A stretch of DNA of 64,000 nt from the human T2T-CHM13v2.0 reference genome, Homo sapiens, in the NCBI RefSeq assembly GCF_009914755.1, contig NC_060930.1; one strand, written 5' to 3'. Below, piece by piece: positions 29,253-44,248 of this stretch. The notes beneath the pieces were generated by a model, which did no database searches, had not been told where the DNA came from, and saw only the letters and a program-made list of their open reading frames with translations. Both the position numbers and the translations under genes were made by a program. The stretch's first letter is position 1. Each line of letters starts with the position of its first letter.

Positions 29253-31904
29253 CCCATGCATGACATTGATATGTTGGGGTCAATATTTAAATTAATTTCA
29301 GGTTTGATGTTTACAAACAGTGCAGAAGCTGGACTCTGAGGAAGTTCGTAATAAAAGTTACAGCATGTGGCTGCCATCACTCACAGAATATTGGGCTAGA
29401 CGGTCCATGGGCCTGACCTTATGGAGCCATTTAATAATATTCTTGCTGAAATAGCCCAAGAATGAAAATTTAGCTCACAATTCAGGATAAGAGAACCTTT
29501 TCTGGAATTTACTTAGAAAAACAGAATTTTAACCTATATTTAATGCTAGTGACAGACCAGATTAGACCTAAGCAGATGGTCAGTGACAACTGCAGATGGC
29601 AACAGCCTCTGTTTAAAAGTCTATCCATTGCTTTGGGGAATAACAATCTTTAATATTTTGCTTCCACTGTCTAAACTCCCTCTGGAGTTTGTTTCTTTGT
29701 ACTTTCCCTCAGAATATGGCTCTTCTGCTCATGTTTTCATTTCTGTTAATATAAACTAAAGACCTATATGAAGGATTTCAGATGGTACTATTATAATTAT
29801 TGAACATATCACGTTGGAGAACTTAAAATAGTTACAGCCCTTAGAAATATCTTTTGTGTTGATACTCGTGTACTGTCGTGAAGTGTCATTTATCACTTTC
29901 TGTATCTATGTCCAGTTAACGAGCAACAAATCAAGATACTCTGGTGATTTTGGTGTGTCGAATTATTCATTTATTCTACAAATATTTGCTGGGTGCCTGC
30001 CACGTGTCAGGCACTGTGCTCACACTTGGGATACCATAGGGAGAACACAACAGATCTGGCTTCTGCCTTCATGGATAGAGGATAAAGGGATTAGGCAGAT
30101 TAAGGAGATCCTAAAGATGGTGGTACTCTTTAATTTTCCAAAATTAGACATTAGGTTTATTTTACAGGTGGTTAAATGGCAGTTCACTGTGGAATCAAAG
30201 ATGCCTGAGGTCAGGACATAGGCAATGTCACATTGCTCAGTAAATCCCAGAATGCCATCTGGTCCGGCTTGTCACATATCTCCCCATTTTTAAATCTAAG
30301 GAAATCTAAGTAGAACTGTTTTGAGAGAACAAATAAGTATAAGAAAACAGAAAACACTGATTTGCTCTTCACCTTCAGGTCCCTGTGCCTCCACATTAAT
30401 GCAAGTGGACAGTTTTGCCCAGGGTCACAGAGCTAATTAGAGGCAAGGCAGCAATTTGAATCCTACACATCCAATCATCTTTTGACTACAACTCCGTAAA
30501 GTACATTAACACCCTCTATTCTTTTGTCTTGTGTTGCCATTTTCTAGTGTGCTTGTAATTATGCACTCAGTAAAACTGAGTGCACAAAATGACAACCTCA
30601 GTTCCTTAGTATAAATTTTATTCTCATTTTCTTAAAAGATTTCTAGTTCAAATTTGTCCAATCCTGTTTTCAGATATTTTCTCTTAGATTTATGTTCCAC
30701 CTATGCCTACTTAAGAAAAAATTTTTCTGATGTCGAGTGTCCACCTTCCTGACAAAGAAGTTTCGTTGTTAGCTTACAAGGAAATTTGCATGCCAGGGAA
30801 GTAATGACTTGGGAATTTATTGACTACGTATTTTACAGTTAACCTCTGAAGATAGAAACTGTGTGCATATTTGATGCTAATATTGTTATTTAGGATTCTT
30901 TTAAACGTAAGATACACTTCTATAGGTGGGAGTTGACTAAAATATTCTTAACTAAATGTATTTTGATAGCACATAGAGGAACTTTAGTATTTAGAACTCT
31001 AATTCCAGAATCTGTCATGGTAAATATTCCTCTGTGGTCCAAGAAGGTCTTTATATCCCAGACCTAAGTATAAATCTGGGATTTACTGATGGTTTGACAC
31101 AAATGTTCCATTTAAGAGCCTCTAATTAGTTTGAATCATTACAGAACAGTAAAGTCTCTTGTTTTTATATCTGTCTGCTCAGTTAGAGATGACCATTCCT
31201 TCAATATTAATGCACTGCAAGGATTAATTAATTGCTTGTTGAAAGCTCTTGAATATATTTTCAGAGCTGACTAATACATCCTTGAGGTAAGGACAAATAC
31301 AAGAGAAAATAAAAGTGGTTTATGATATTCCAAGAATGAACTCCTATTCTTGGTAATTTTTGACCCTTTTTAAGGCTATATCAATACATAAATGCCAGAA
31401 AATATTAACACATACAAAAAATGTTAACACGTACAAAAGGTAGACAATGCATACTGGTTCTGTTAGGCACAGTCCACTCATGTTGTATAAAATGTATGTT
31501 ATGCTTCAGTGCTTTTATTATTGTTTTGGGGGTTTTATTTTTCCTCCCAGAAACTCAAAATTCTTTAACCAATCTTGTTGTGTTTACAGAATTTCTCTCA
31601 AGACCATTGCGAAGTGAGTAGACATTAGAGAAAATAATCTCTCACCTCACTGATCTCAAGCCTACCTCAAGAATGACACAGGCTAAACCCAGAATAACCT
31701 CCCTCCTTTTCTAACTCTCTCTCTCACACAGAGACAACCAGGCAGTATGATCTAGACAAGTGCTTCTCAATTGTGGATGATTTTGTCCCCAGGGAACATT
31801 TGGCAATATTTGGAGACATTTTTGGTTGTTAGAGCCTTGGCAGATGGATTGATATTGACATCTAGTGGGTAGAGGCCAGGGGTGCTGCAAAACATCCAAT
31901 AGTA

Positions 31905-32624
31905 CAGTGGTCCCCAACCTTTTTGGCACTAGGGACAGTTTTGTGGTAGACAGTTTTTCCATGGATGGTGGGGGAATGGTCTTGGGATGAAACTGTTCCA
32001 CCTTAGATCATCAGACATTAGATTCTTATAAGGAATGCGTTATTAGTCCATTCTCACACTGCTATAAAGAACTACCTGAGACTGGGTAATTTATAAAGAA
32101 AATAGGTTTAATTGGCTCACAGTTTCACAGGCTGTACAGGAAGCATGGTTGGAGACAGCTCAGGAAACTTACAATCATGGAGGAAGGTGAAGGGGAAGCA
32201 GGTACATCTTCACATGGCTGGCGGGAGAGAGAGAGAGTTAAGTGGGAAGTACTACATGGTTTCAAACAACCAGATCTCATGAGAACTCATTTACTATCAC
32301 AAGAACAGCAAGGGGGAAGTCTGCCTCCATGATCTAGTCACCTCCCACCAGGCCCCTCCTCCAACCTTGGGGATTACAATTCAATGAGATTTGGTTGGGG
32401 ACACAGAGCCAAACCATATCAATTGCGGAACCAAGATTTCTCACATGTGCAGTTCACAATAGGGTTGTGCTCCTATAAGAATCTGATGCTGCTGCTAATC
32501 TGACGGGAGGCAGAGCTCAGACTGTAATGCTCACTCACCCACCACTCACCTCCTGCTGTGCTGCCCAATTCCAAACAGGCCACCAACCAGTACCAGTTCA
32601 TGGCTTGGGGATTGAGGAGCCCTA
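31905..32624 (-). mobile_element. MER1B hAT relic, split by an MSTA LTR
   Basis: Terminus CAGTGGTCCCCAACCTTTTTGGCAC. An 8-bp TSD CAATAGTA/CAGTAGTA lies at 31897-31904 and 32625-32632. Confidence 0.85.
32039..32421 (-). mobile_element. MSTA-like MaLR solo LTR
   Basis: TATTAGTCCATTCTCACACTGCTATAAAG...GGCTGTACAGGAAGCATGG...CCAAACCATATCA, with TSD-like AATGC/ATTGC. Confidence 0.85.
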
Positions 32625-34864
32625 CAGTAGTACACAGGACAGCCCTGCTCAACACAGAATTATCCAGCTCAAATTGTCAATAGTCCTGTAGTTGAAAAGC
32701 CTAATATTGAGACAGAAGCACTGGTCTGAGGGACAAGAGACAGATATCTTTATTTGTCTCTGCTTCTTAGAGGTCAATCAGAAAAAGAAAGAAAAAGTGC
32801 TTTGAATTCTCAGAATGATCACCTTATACATATCCTGACATTTTAAAAAATGATATTAATATTTGTAATGTTGTTAACAATAGGGTTAATGGCATGCATA
32901 GATCTTTAAGCAAAAGAAAGAAACCTGGAAGGAAAGGATTAAGGAAAAAAAATCTTTTATATTAATGACCAAGATGGAGAGAAGGAAAAAGCAGGAGGTA
33001 AAGGAATAGGAGAGGAAAATGACAGGGACATTTGTAGTTACTTGTTTATTTAACTACATTTGTGATACTTTTTACCTTGTAGTAAACTTAGCAACTGTCA
33101 TTTTATTCATCTTTTTCTTGAACTTGGAGCTATTGTAGGAAACAGCATGCAGGGACAATAAATGGGAAAAAAAAAAAAAAAGAAAAACTAAATGGAAGAA
33201 AAAGACCCTCTGGATACGTGACTGTGAGAGTCTTCATAGTGGCAGCAGCAGGAAGGATCAGCAAGCTGTTGCTTCTGCCCCCTTGTTTCTAGAGTTCCAT
33301 ACTTATTAGGAAACCTGGGCTGAGATGCCATGCTTTGAGAGCCATGCTTGGTGTGTGGACCCAATTTTATTAAAGGATCCTGCTGCTTCCTTCCATATTT
33401 ATGCTTGCTAACTTGCTAAGTGTCTCCTGGCAAATCACTTAACCTCCCTGAAGTGAGAATATGCTTCACTTTATTTGCTTTCTGTAATTCAATGAGAATG
33501 GTGAGATGAAGTGAGAGCTCTGATTTCAGAGCTATGTGCCATTTTATAGATGTCATACTTAACATCATCATTCATTAATAACATGTTCAAGCACTGAAAT
33601 GGAAATGGGGGCTACTGTTTATTACAAACCATTAAGTACTCTGCTTAGATATAAAGTCTTTTATGTGATCCACAGCAGTAGCTGCAAATTTTCCAAGCAA
33701 CATCTTTTGCCAACACTAGCCTTCTATGGTGGTTACTTGGAATTTGGATAGATGTGATTTTTTTTTTCTTTTTGAGCAATTTGTTCATGATTGCAGCAGT
33801 AATCATGAAAGTAGGTCAGAGCCCTCTTCGAGTTGGGTTCTTATTCCCCCCTACCCCCACCAGAGAACAGCACTTAAATATTAATAGCATCACTGGGAAA
33901 ACACGACAGCTATTTCCCTGTTTTCTGCAGCTCAATGAAGAGTTGTTCAGTGCAGACCCCAGTGCTCTTGCCTCATGAATGGACGTGATTGTGGGGACAT
34001 CATCTCCTACTAAGGCAAAACGTGACACTGAGAACAAAGGCTGGTTTTTAGCCTGATGTGATGAGCTCACCCCAGTGCCCATGTGGGGACTTTGAAGCTC
34101 GTCCAGGTGCCAGTTTTCTGTGTATATGACATTCTTGGTTGGGGAGGGTGTGGACTGGGCAGCAGGCTTTTAAACATTGATCTGCAGTGTATGAATTACA
34201 AGGTCAGATGGGGTGAGATGTCATAATTTCTATTTAGTCTGAATTTCCCCCAGAGGAAACATATTTCCCTTACTCTTAGTAAAGAGAAACCACAATATTT
34301 TCAATTTAGCCAAACCAATAAGGGCTTTTAAAAAGTAAATTTATATAAATTATTTTCTCTGTGATTATGTTTGTGAATAGGAAAGTGCATTTCTCCTTTT
34401 CAATATCTACCCCACCTTTTGTGAGGCTATGCTAATGCTCAGGAGAAATACAAGTAGGAAAGTATTCTTAGCATAGCCGATTGAAATGGGAAAACCTGAA
34501 GCAATCGGTTTTTGATTCATGTGATGTCTTAAAACTACTCTACTTTGATTGTTATTTTTTTTCATTGAATTGACTGATTTGATTGTTTTAGCATGCTCTA
34601 GTCATAGCTTATTATATTGGCTCTGGGGTGGACAAATCCATCCAACTATTTGTGGATCAAAGTGAAATTAATTGACATCATGCTTTTTTTCCCCCACTTA
34701 CATAGAGAATTTCTAGTCACACTACATGCTGTGTGCACAATAGTTAATTAGGCACTTACAATACACCTAATACAGTGTTGGGTGTTATACAAATTCAGAA
34801 TAAGATAGTTTACAGTCGTGGCTTATTAGAAAAAATACAGAATAATCTAAGTCTGCTATTGCTA

Positions 34865-35090
34865 CATAGTGGTAAAAAAGGACAGCTTTTGCATCAGACT
34901 TGCATTCGAATCAGTGTTTATTAGCTAAGTTATCTCAGGCAAGTTAGTTGACCTCTGAGTTTCATTTTCCTTACTTGCAAAATGGGTATAATAATATTTA
35001 CTTTGAAGGCACATAATCAGGATAAAATAAGACATCGTATATAAAACACCCAGCACATAGTGAACACTTAGTACATATAACCTACTACTA
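34865..35090 (+). mobile_element. MIR
   Basis: CAGGCAAGTTAGTTGACCTCTGAGTTTCATTTTCCTTACTTGCAAAATGGGTATAATAATA. Confidence 0.75.
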
Positions 35091-35736
35091 TAAAGATCTC
35101 AAAATGTATATTGTAGTTTGTAGGCTCTCAAGATTCAGGAAAGGTTGTTCTCTTCATGGGTTGGAGGCATTTGGGAGTAATTCTTCATGATAATTAAATG
35201 GGGCTCTTGATGGCCTGTGAGAAATGGTGGGCTCTACATGGTTAAGAAATCCACAAAGGATGCTAGGACTTATGAACCACAGGAACATGCTAAAAACAAG
35301 GATTGGTACAGACAGAAAGTGTACACTGGGAATAAATTGTGGTATTCAGATTTTGAAACCCAAGCTCACATTTGTCACTTCTCTACAACTCTTTAAAACC
35401 CAATTGTAATCAGATATCTTCTTGGGGGTTGGTGTGGTCATGACAGGAGGCAGCTTTGGATTTCTCAGGAGCTGTGGAGAACTCTGGGAGCAGAAGTTGG
35501 AGGTTAACTGAAAGCCAAAGGAGAGAAATGCCATCTTCTCAAGGAGATTCAGAGACACCAAATTTTAAGGAAGCAGAAATGGAGATGTAAATAAATGTCA
35601 TAGAGCAAGTGTTCAGAGGCACAGACACAATAAAAACAGACTAAGAACAAGCCGGAGGACATCCTCAGTGCATTAGGCAATAGCCATCCTCTGAGGCTCA
35701 CCTATATGGGCTGGCAGGTAAATTGGACTGGCTTAG

Positions 35737-36094
35737 TGATATGGTTTGGCTGTGTCCCCACCCAAATCTCATCTTGAATTGTACTCCTATAATTTCCACG
35801 TGTTGTGGGAGGGACCCAGCTAAAGATAATTGAATCACAGGGGCAGTTCCCCCATACTGTTCTCATGGTCGTGAATAAGTCTCATGACATCTCATGGTTT
35901 TATAAGGGGAAACCCCTTTTGCTTGGCTCTCATTCTCTCTTCCCTGTTGCCACGTAAGACATGCTTTTCGCCTTCTGCCAGATTGTGAGGCCTCCCAGCC
36001 ATGTGGAACTGTGAGTTCATTAAACCTCTTTTTCCTTATAAATTACCCAGTCTCAGGTATGTCTTTATCAGCAGCATGAAGATGGACTAATACA
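35737..36094 (+). mobile_element. THE1 (C-like) MaLR solo LTR
   Basis: TGATATGGTTTGGCTGTGTCCCCACCCAAATCTC...GGACTAATACA. A perfect 5-bp TSD CTTAG lies at 35732-35736 and 36095-36099. Confidence 0.93.
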
Positions 36095-36129
36095 CTTAGG
36101 AGCTGGTCTTGGTTGATCCTCCGGAGAGA

Positions 36130-36460
36130 TTGTTTTTTAACTTTTATTTTAGGTTCAGGGGTACATATGCAGGTTTGTTATATAGGTAAACTTGTGTCAT
36201 GAGGGTTTGTGGTACAGATTATTTTGTCACCCAGGTAATAAGCCTAGTACCCAATAGTTATTTTTTCTGCTCCTCTCCTTCCTTGTACCCTTTATCCTCA
36301 AGTAGGCCCCAGTATCTGTTGTTCCCCTTTTTGTGTCCATGAGTTCTCATCATTTAGCTCCCACAGAGAACATGCGGTGTTTGGGTTTCTGTTCCTGCAT
36401 TACTTTGTTAAGGATAATGGCCTCCAGCTCCATCCATGTTCCTGCAAAAGACATGATGTC
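36130..36460 (-). mobile_element. L1PA13-16-like 3' end fragment
   Basis: TTTTTAACTTTTATTTTAGGTTCAGGGGTACATATGCAGGTTTGTTATATAGGTAAACT...CCATCCATGTTCCTGCAAAAGACATGAT. Confidence 0.85.
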
Positions 36461-38931
36461 TTTTTAATCTCTCCTTACTTCTTTTCACCCATTCTGAAAA
36501 CAGCTGTTCTCTAAACAGAGTTTTCTAAATACACTTCTTTTCTCCATTTTTGACCACAACCATCAAAGACCAGACTAAATGAAAAGTCTTTGTTTTCCCA
36601 GCAGGAAATACTCATACTACACTTCTAAATTTTTTTATGACCTCACCCTTACCCCATGCCACACTTCTTTACCAGACTAAAAGCTCCTTAAGGACAAGGA
36701 CTATAGTGGTAAATCCTTGTATTTGGCACAGTTTCTCAGAAATAGACAGTGTCTCTTATAGTGCTATGAACAGCTAAGAAATCCAGTTATTTGCTAAATA
36801 AATTGGTATGTATCCTCTTGGAAGATCATTTATAAAATTAATCTAATTCCCTGGAGATGATTTTATTTCAAAACAAACTCTATCAAATTTGAATGATCAC
36901 ACCTGCTTTTTGACATAACACACTTCCCAAACAGGCACCCATTCTCTAGTTTTCTTACTCAGTGAGTTCTACTTCTTGAGAATTCAGCTCAACCTTTGCT
37001 GTTTCCCACACCTTCATCTTGGAATCGGTTTGCTGTATTTTATAGGAGTTCTTCTCTAACCCATGCATTAATGTTTTCTCCTCTAGAATGTTTCTAAGTC
37101 AGCCTCAAGGAGTCAGCACAGTCTGGTATCACCACTCATGCTTCTTTGGTGTCATTTTGATGCTTGGGGCAAACGGCATGCCAAATATTTACTGTTTCAT
37201 GCTGAATACAGAAAAAAGAAAAACATCCCCCATGTAACATTGTTTCCCACAAAAATGCTAACTTAAAGAAAGGCCAAGAAATCTGAATTCTGTAAGCACT
37301 TTATACATATGAAAACATTTGTCATGTCTAGTTCATCAGCAAGGGTGGGAGGGAAAGTAGCATGATTTATGTCCCATTTCTTTTAAAAGGCATAGAATTC
37401 ATTTCTGAAATCAATATTTTAGGGTAGAACTGCAAATATTCTTTGTTCAGGAACTTTTATTTTTATAGACAACTTTGGTTCCAAGCTACTGTGTGAATAT
37501 GATTCTGTGGAATCAGTGCCTGTACCATGCCTGGTAGTTAATATTTGCTTAGCGCTTGAATTAGTCAGCACTGGATTCTTTGCTGCTGTCCTTGGTTCTT
37601 CTCATCCAAAAGCTTCTTTTTAAAGACTCACAGTAGCACTTTTGAGGCTAAAAGGCATAGTTTCTAATGAATATTTTCAAAAGGAAAAGGCTCCAAGCCA
37701 TCCTGTCTCTTCCCCACAATTTCCCTTCCAAATTTCTACCACGCTCGACATCAATAACAAAAAATCCTCTTGTGGTGAAATTGCAGGATGATTTTCCTTC
37801 CACATGTAACTGGTTCAAGCTATCAGGCATGTTGCTACCAACACAGGTTTGCTGGGAGAATAGGATCTGCGGAATCTCCTGTCTTTCCATCCCCGGAATA
37901 TTTCTGGAAAAGTTACTGTTGCTTTAAGAACCAATCTAGGAGAGGAAAGATAGACCCAATGTCTTGAATGGACTCTAGAACCAATATAAACTGGTGGTGT
38001 TCTGAATGTTGCCTCACTTAGGCCTGGATTACATCCAGTGGCTACATTAGGGCTAATCCCTGGGGACTTCCCGATCCTAGAGTAAACCTGCAAGCGGGCT
38101 GTGACCTGGGGTGTGGAATAAGGGGCAAGCAAATCCATACTGGACTGGGTGCTTCTGCATTTCCCAAGACAGGAAAACTTTTTTTTGTCCTTTTTTCACA
38201 TGCTGAGTCCTAGGCAAGCCAAGGTGGCTGCTCAATAGGGACTTATCAGCAATATTTAGTATTGGCTGTTAGCAGCTAATGAAATCCCCTAGAATTTACA
38301 GCAGGATCATCTGCTCTTGGGCTACCATTCTTCAGTTTCTGCTGACTGTGATATTCAGTGGGTAGTAAAAGCTCAACTTCAAGTAGAGAGTGCTCTTCTA
38401 AATAATGGCAACTTGGCAACTGCATGAGCTCGTACTAATTATGTTTCTGTCACTCATCTGTGGTAGATCTTTTGTGGCTCTTGTATAAAATAGCTCCAGG
38501 GTATTATTTCTGCACACTTATGTAAGCCCTGCTCATTAAATAAAGTGCTCTAAGTTAAGTTCCCTTTTAATTTTGTTTTCTAAGATCATTATAATAAGAG
38601 AGAGACTGGACTGTAGTGAGCCTTTTTTTGTAGAATAGTTAATGGCAAGTTGATATAAGATCAAATTTTAAAAAATGCATAAAGAAGTCAATGGACCTTA
38701 TCGTTACTTTACACTTTGCTTTTAAAGTCCTCCAGCATTAGTCCAAACTGGCATAGTAACAGTTCATATGGTGCCTCATAAGTGATCATTATCAGAATCT
38801 GGATTCTTTAAGTGGAAGGAGTGTTAGACTTTGAAAATCAAAGGACAAACTTTATTTCTAGCACTTAGTAGCTGCATAAGTTCCTCAGTTTGTCTCAACA
38901 TGTCTCTTACCACTTAAAAATGGGCATAATA

Positions 38932-39255
<324 letters not shown>

Positions 39256-40225
39256 TTACAGGGTTATTATGAGGTTAAATGATCAATTCTTTTATGTACA
39301 TATATATTCCTTTATATATATCGAAAGCATTTTGTAGATTGGCAAATTATGTACATCTTTGTTATTGTTATTATTATTATTGTTGTTGTTAGTGCCATAC
39401 TGCTTCAGATAGGGATAGTTTAAATATGCCTTGCCTTTCTATGTAACCTAAGTGTTTTATGCTTAGAGGTCTATATATAAGACTTTACTGGAATCTTTGA
39501 ATATTTTTCTTAGTAAGAATAACAATAATATGTAGGAAAATCTCATCCAAAAACTGCATGATCTGCTACTGCCCCCATAGAGCTAGCTGGGGATGTGTGG
39601 CTAATGGGACCAGTTGCAGTGGTATGCAGTCCAGATTTATATTATTAGGCCACACAATGTACATCCTGACATCCTGGGTTGATTGACCTTTACTGACTTT
39701 TTCTCAACTTGGGAGCTTTGAGGACACTCCAATACACGTGCCATGACAGAGAATTCCAGTTTTGCTTTGTGGCAATAGTGCTTGATGAAGACTGTCAGAA
39801 TAGACTGAAAATCATTTGAAATAATTTGAGCTCTTTAAGTTGAATGGGTCAGTTCAAACAAGATCAGTGGAGTTGCTATTCTTCACGTATCTTTTCTCTT
39901 ATCCTGAAAGACAATGGTTTTAAACTTTTGCATGTATAAATTTATAATATGATTTTCATAATGTGAAACTAAGTTTTTTGCTTCCTAGTACTGGATTTGA
40001 ATAAATATAATTGTAATTTTAGAATAAATATATTAAAATATATAGTATATTTGGTATTTTACAAGACATCTTTATATCCACCTATCTATATATATTTTAT
40101 ATAGTAGATAAATACATTTTTACCTGATATTTTCAGAGCCAAAAAATGAAGCATGTTTATGGTGTGGCCATTTGAATGCATCTTCTATGTAAGTGTGAAT
40201 AAACAGTACTAAGATATTGATATAC

Positions 40226-40494
<269 letters not shown>

Positions 40495-42499
40495 TTAAGT
40501 TAAAAGATTTCTTTTTACTTTGGATAGATGTATTTCATTAGCATTATCAGAAGATAATTAGTACCCACTATTGATGAAACATTCTTGCGAATATATTAAG
40601 GAGGGAGAAGAGGGAAGAAAGAGAAACTTCTAAAAATTTGGCATTGTTTTTTAGTTTTTAGCCATAAATAACCCTTATATATACCTTTCTAGTAGTTCTG
40701 TGGTCCCTATTTCAGCTTATGTAATGTATAGAATAACATATTATTCTAAAAACACTAACCTCATCCACTTTAACTCCTCTATTTCAGATTGAACCCCTTG
40801 GTCAATGCTAGTGGGGAAAATGTAGTTTGTGTAATACTTGGACAGTGGTGATACTCTTCAGATAAGTTGCTATTTGTTTGTGGTGCAGTCATTTTAACAA
40901 AATGTTCATATTATTTTTGTTGTACCCTTTATTATCATGGAACTAATTCACCATAATGTATTTTTTTCTCAGTAGGAGTGTTTTTAAAAGTGTTACACAA
41001 ATGCCACAGGATTTGAAACAATATCAGAGGCTGGCCTTTGACACATCTGAAGATTCAATGAAAACAGACATGATATTCTTCATCTTTTAAACTAGCCTAA
41101 TGAGTCCCTTATAGTGTCTCCAGTTCTGCTCCCTTTCTCAGAGACACCATTATTAGGACATACTGTGCTGTACTTATTATACAGAAGTAAAGCTGAACAC
41201 CGATCACACTGTCGAGGCTGCACAGTCAGTGTGGTATCAGCTTATAACCAACCAGTTTGAAAGTTGGAGTCTTCTGACTGATAATTGTATGCAAAGTGTT
41301 ATAGATTATCTGAATGGGATATGACATGGTGCCCACACTCAAAAAGTGTTTGATTGGAAAGTGAAGGCAAATGATCACAAATGAAACATTTAGAACACAA
41401 ATGCTTGACCAGGATGGAAAGGGCTTGATCTGGATGAGAGACTTGGAAGAATTATTGATTTCTCAAATGTGACAGCTGGAAGATTCAATCCCCTTATAGT
41501 ACAGATGCAGAAACTGAAGTCATTCATCTGGCTTCAAATAACTCCTTGGAGCAGAGCAAGGATTAGCATCATGTCTCTGATTTAAGGTTCAGGGAGTTGA
41601 AGAGTTGGGCTTGAGTAGGTTCCCCAAGGATGGATTAGAGAGAGTAAAATATAGATGGAATGTTTTTGACTATAGGAGCAGGGTGAATATGACTGAGCAC
41701 TTTGTAGTTATCTGAGAAAATTGACTGGTGTGGTGAAGGAATACTGGGAAATAAGTTTTGGTAGACTTAGTAGGGGAGAATTATAGGGGTCCTTGAAAAT
41801 ATAATAGAATGTATTGGCTCAGTAAAGTGGGAAATAAGGAATTATCACAGGCTTTTACATGGGGACATAATTAAAGGAAGTTTGTTTAGAAGATTAGTCT
41901 GAATTCTATACTTAAATGTTTGAAAGGCACAAGAATAGAGCCTGGAGACTAGCCATGGGACTGCTGCTGTAACTCAGTTGGGGACCTCGCCTCAGGGGAG
42001 GGGAAGGCTCTGGGGATTGAGATAAAAGGGCAGATCAGAGACATCTTGCAACAAGCAGTAATTGGATTTTAGAGATTGAGTAGAGTAAAGGGTCAAAGAT
42101 AACTCATAGTGTCCTAATCCATGATGCTGTAGACTGGTACTGAAATGGGAAAACCATTTTGACAATTAGGGATCAAGTAAAGCCTTTCATCTAGTGCTTT
42201 GGTTAGGCATAGAGGAATTTCTTCAGACACCAATACAGAGCATCCTAAGTGACTTTAGTAACATGCATGTCCCTATGGCCTTCTGTATTGGGAAAGGGTG
42301 ACTGTCAGTAGCACAGGCTTGTTCTTGGCAGACCTGGAAGAGCATTGTCACAGTGAACAGCTACATAGCAGCAGAACTCAGGGCTTGTGTTGTTCTCATC
42401 TATTCAATATGTGTAATTATTCTGTACTTGCTAAGGATGGTTAGTGTCTGTGATAACAACACAGAGATCATGCCTCCATTTATGCCCATGGAATTCTGC

Positions 42500-43005
42500 A
42501 CACACAATTCTGTTGTCCCATAACAAACCATCCCAAGACATAATGGCTTAAGACAACAACAATTTTATTGGCGCATGATTTTGTGGGTCAGCAATTTGGC
42601 TGGAATTAGCTGAGCAATTCTTCCACTGGTCTCACAGGGGGCCACTCGTCTGGCTGCAGTTGTTTGGTGGCTCCGCTATGGCTAGATAATCTAAGATGGT
42701 CTCTCTTCCATGTGTGGAATTTGGTGCTGGTTGTCACTGGGGCCTCTGTCTTTAGGGGAGTGAGGTGGTGCGGAGAGTGGGGAATTTGCCAGATCTCTGG
42801 AACCTGAGTTCAGAATTCTTGCAGTGTCAAACTTCTGCCACATTTTGTTGGTCAGAGCAAATCAAAAGGCTACCCACATTCCAGGGGGAAAAGAAAGAGA
42901 GTCTACTTCTTGAAGAGAGGATTGCCAAAACCACATTGCAAATGGGCATACATACAGGAGTGGAAAGAATCTGTGGCAACTAAAAAAAGTTTGCAGTATA
43001 TCACA
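42500..43005 (-). mobile_element. MLT1 (G/H-like) LTR
   Basis: CATAACAAACCATCCCAAGACATAATGGCTTAAGACAACAAC...TGTGGGTCAGCAATTTGG...CCACATTTTGTTGGTCAGAGCAA. Confidence 0.7.
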
Positions 43006-43387
43006 GAACATGATCAGAGTTTTGTTACAAAGTCTTTCTGACTACAGCATCAAAATGAAATTGGTGATCAGGAAGAAAATTTAGACTGGAAACCTGAGGA
43101 CTAATCCGGAAGTTTTGGTAGCAAACCAAGAGTAATTATTGGTGTATTAGTGACCACAATTGCAAAGTGATGAACACATGTGAACAGACTCAAAATCAAT
43201 ATTAAGATGGTAAAACTCGGAAATGGATTTGATGTAGGGAAGGGTCAAGAAGGAAGACCAAGTGTCTGGTTTGGACAAGTGGGGAGCAAAGTGATGACAT
43301 TGACCAACACAAGGAAGACTGAAGAAGGACCAGGCTTGGATGGCAAGTTGAGGGCTGCTGGAATATTGAGTCTGAGAGGCCTGCAGA

Positions 43388-43427
43388 GAGGCAGAGCTCT
43401 CACCTGAGGCAGAGCTCTCACCTGAGG
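43388..43427. repeat. Perfect 18-bp tandem duplication
   Basis: GAGGCAGAGCTCTCACCT x2 plus GAGG. Confidence 0.9.
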
Positions 43428-43565
43428 AGAAAAGGAAGTTGATGGGGTTTAAGGAAACTGCTGAAATAGCTGTCACTGGGAATGGAGACTACAGGACACT
43501 GGGAAACTGGAATTATGGACAGTGCTGAGCACTTGTCAGGGAATAGAAATCATGAATGCAAGTGA

Positions 43566-43899
<334 letters not shown>

Positions 43900-44071
43900 G
43901 GGCAATTTTTTCATAATGCTCAGCCACCCTTATACAGGAATAGAGAATGCAGCGAATAGATCCTGTCATTTAATATGTGGGCTTGGTAAAATTTCTTTGC
44001 TCAAGGTAAGGATAAGAAGTTTAGGTGGAGATTTCTGAAGATCAAAGTAAGGTATCTTAAAAGTCAGTGAA

Positions 44072-44248
44072 GGAGACCAGCTGCATAATTTGCTGGACAC
44101 AAATGCAAAACGAAAATGCTGACCCCCTTGTTAAAATATTGTGTAGAGTTCAAGATGGTGACAACAAAGCATTAAGCCAAGCTGAGACCCCTCTGAGAGT
44201 GTGGCCCTGTGTGGCTCCATAGGACCCAGGCCTGTGAAGCTGGTTTGG
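44072..44248 (-). mobile_element. MER91A-like hAT-Tip100 relic
   Basis: CTGCATAATTTGC...TGCAAAACGAAAATGC...CCCCTTGTT...TTCAAGATGGTGACAACAAAGCATTAAGCCAAGC. Confidence 0.7.

Larger units (their letters stand above)
31757..32702 (+). mobile_element. MER20 hAT relic, split by a MER1B insertion
   Basis: Left half GTGCTTCTCAA...GGAACATTTGGCAATATTTGGAGACATTTTTGGTTGT...AAACATCC. Right half CACAGGACAGCCC...GAATTATCCAGC...GTCAATAGT. Confidence 0.85.

Noticed and set aside
33158-33196. A-run flanked by TAAATGG repeats as a poly(A)-only insertion
   Set aside because: The 7-bp repeat is too short to distinguish from chance in A-rich DNA.
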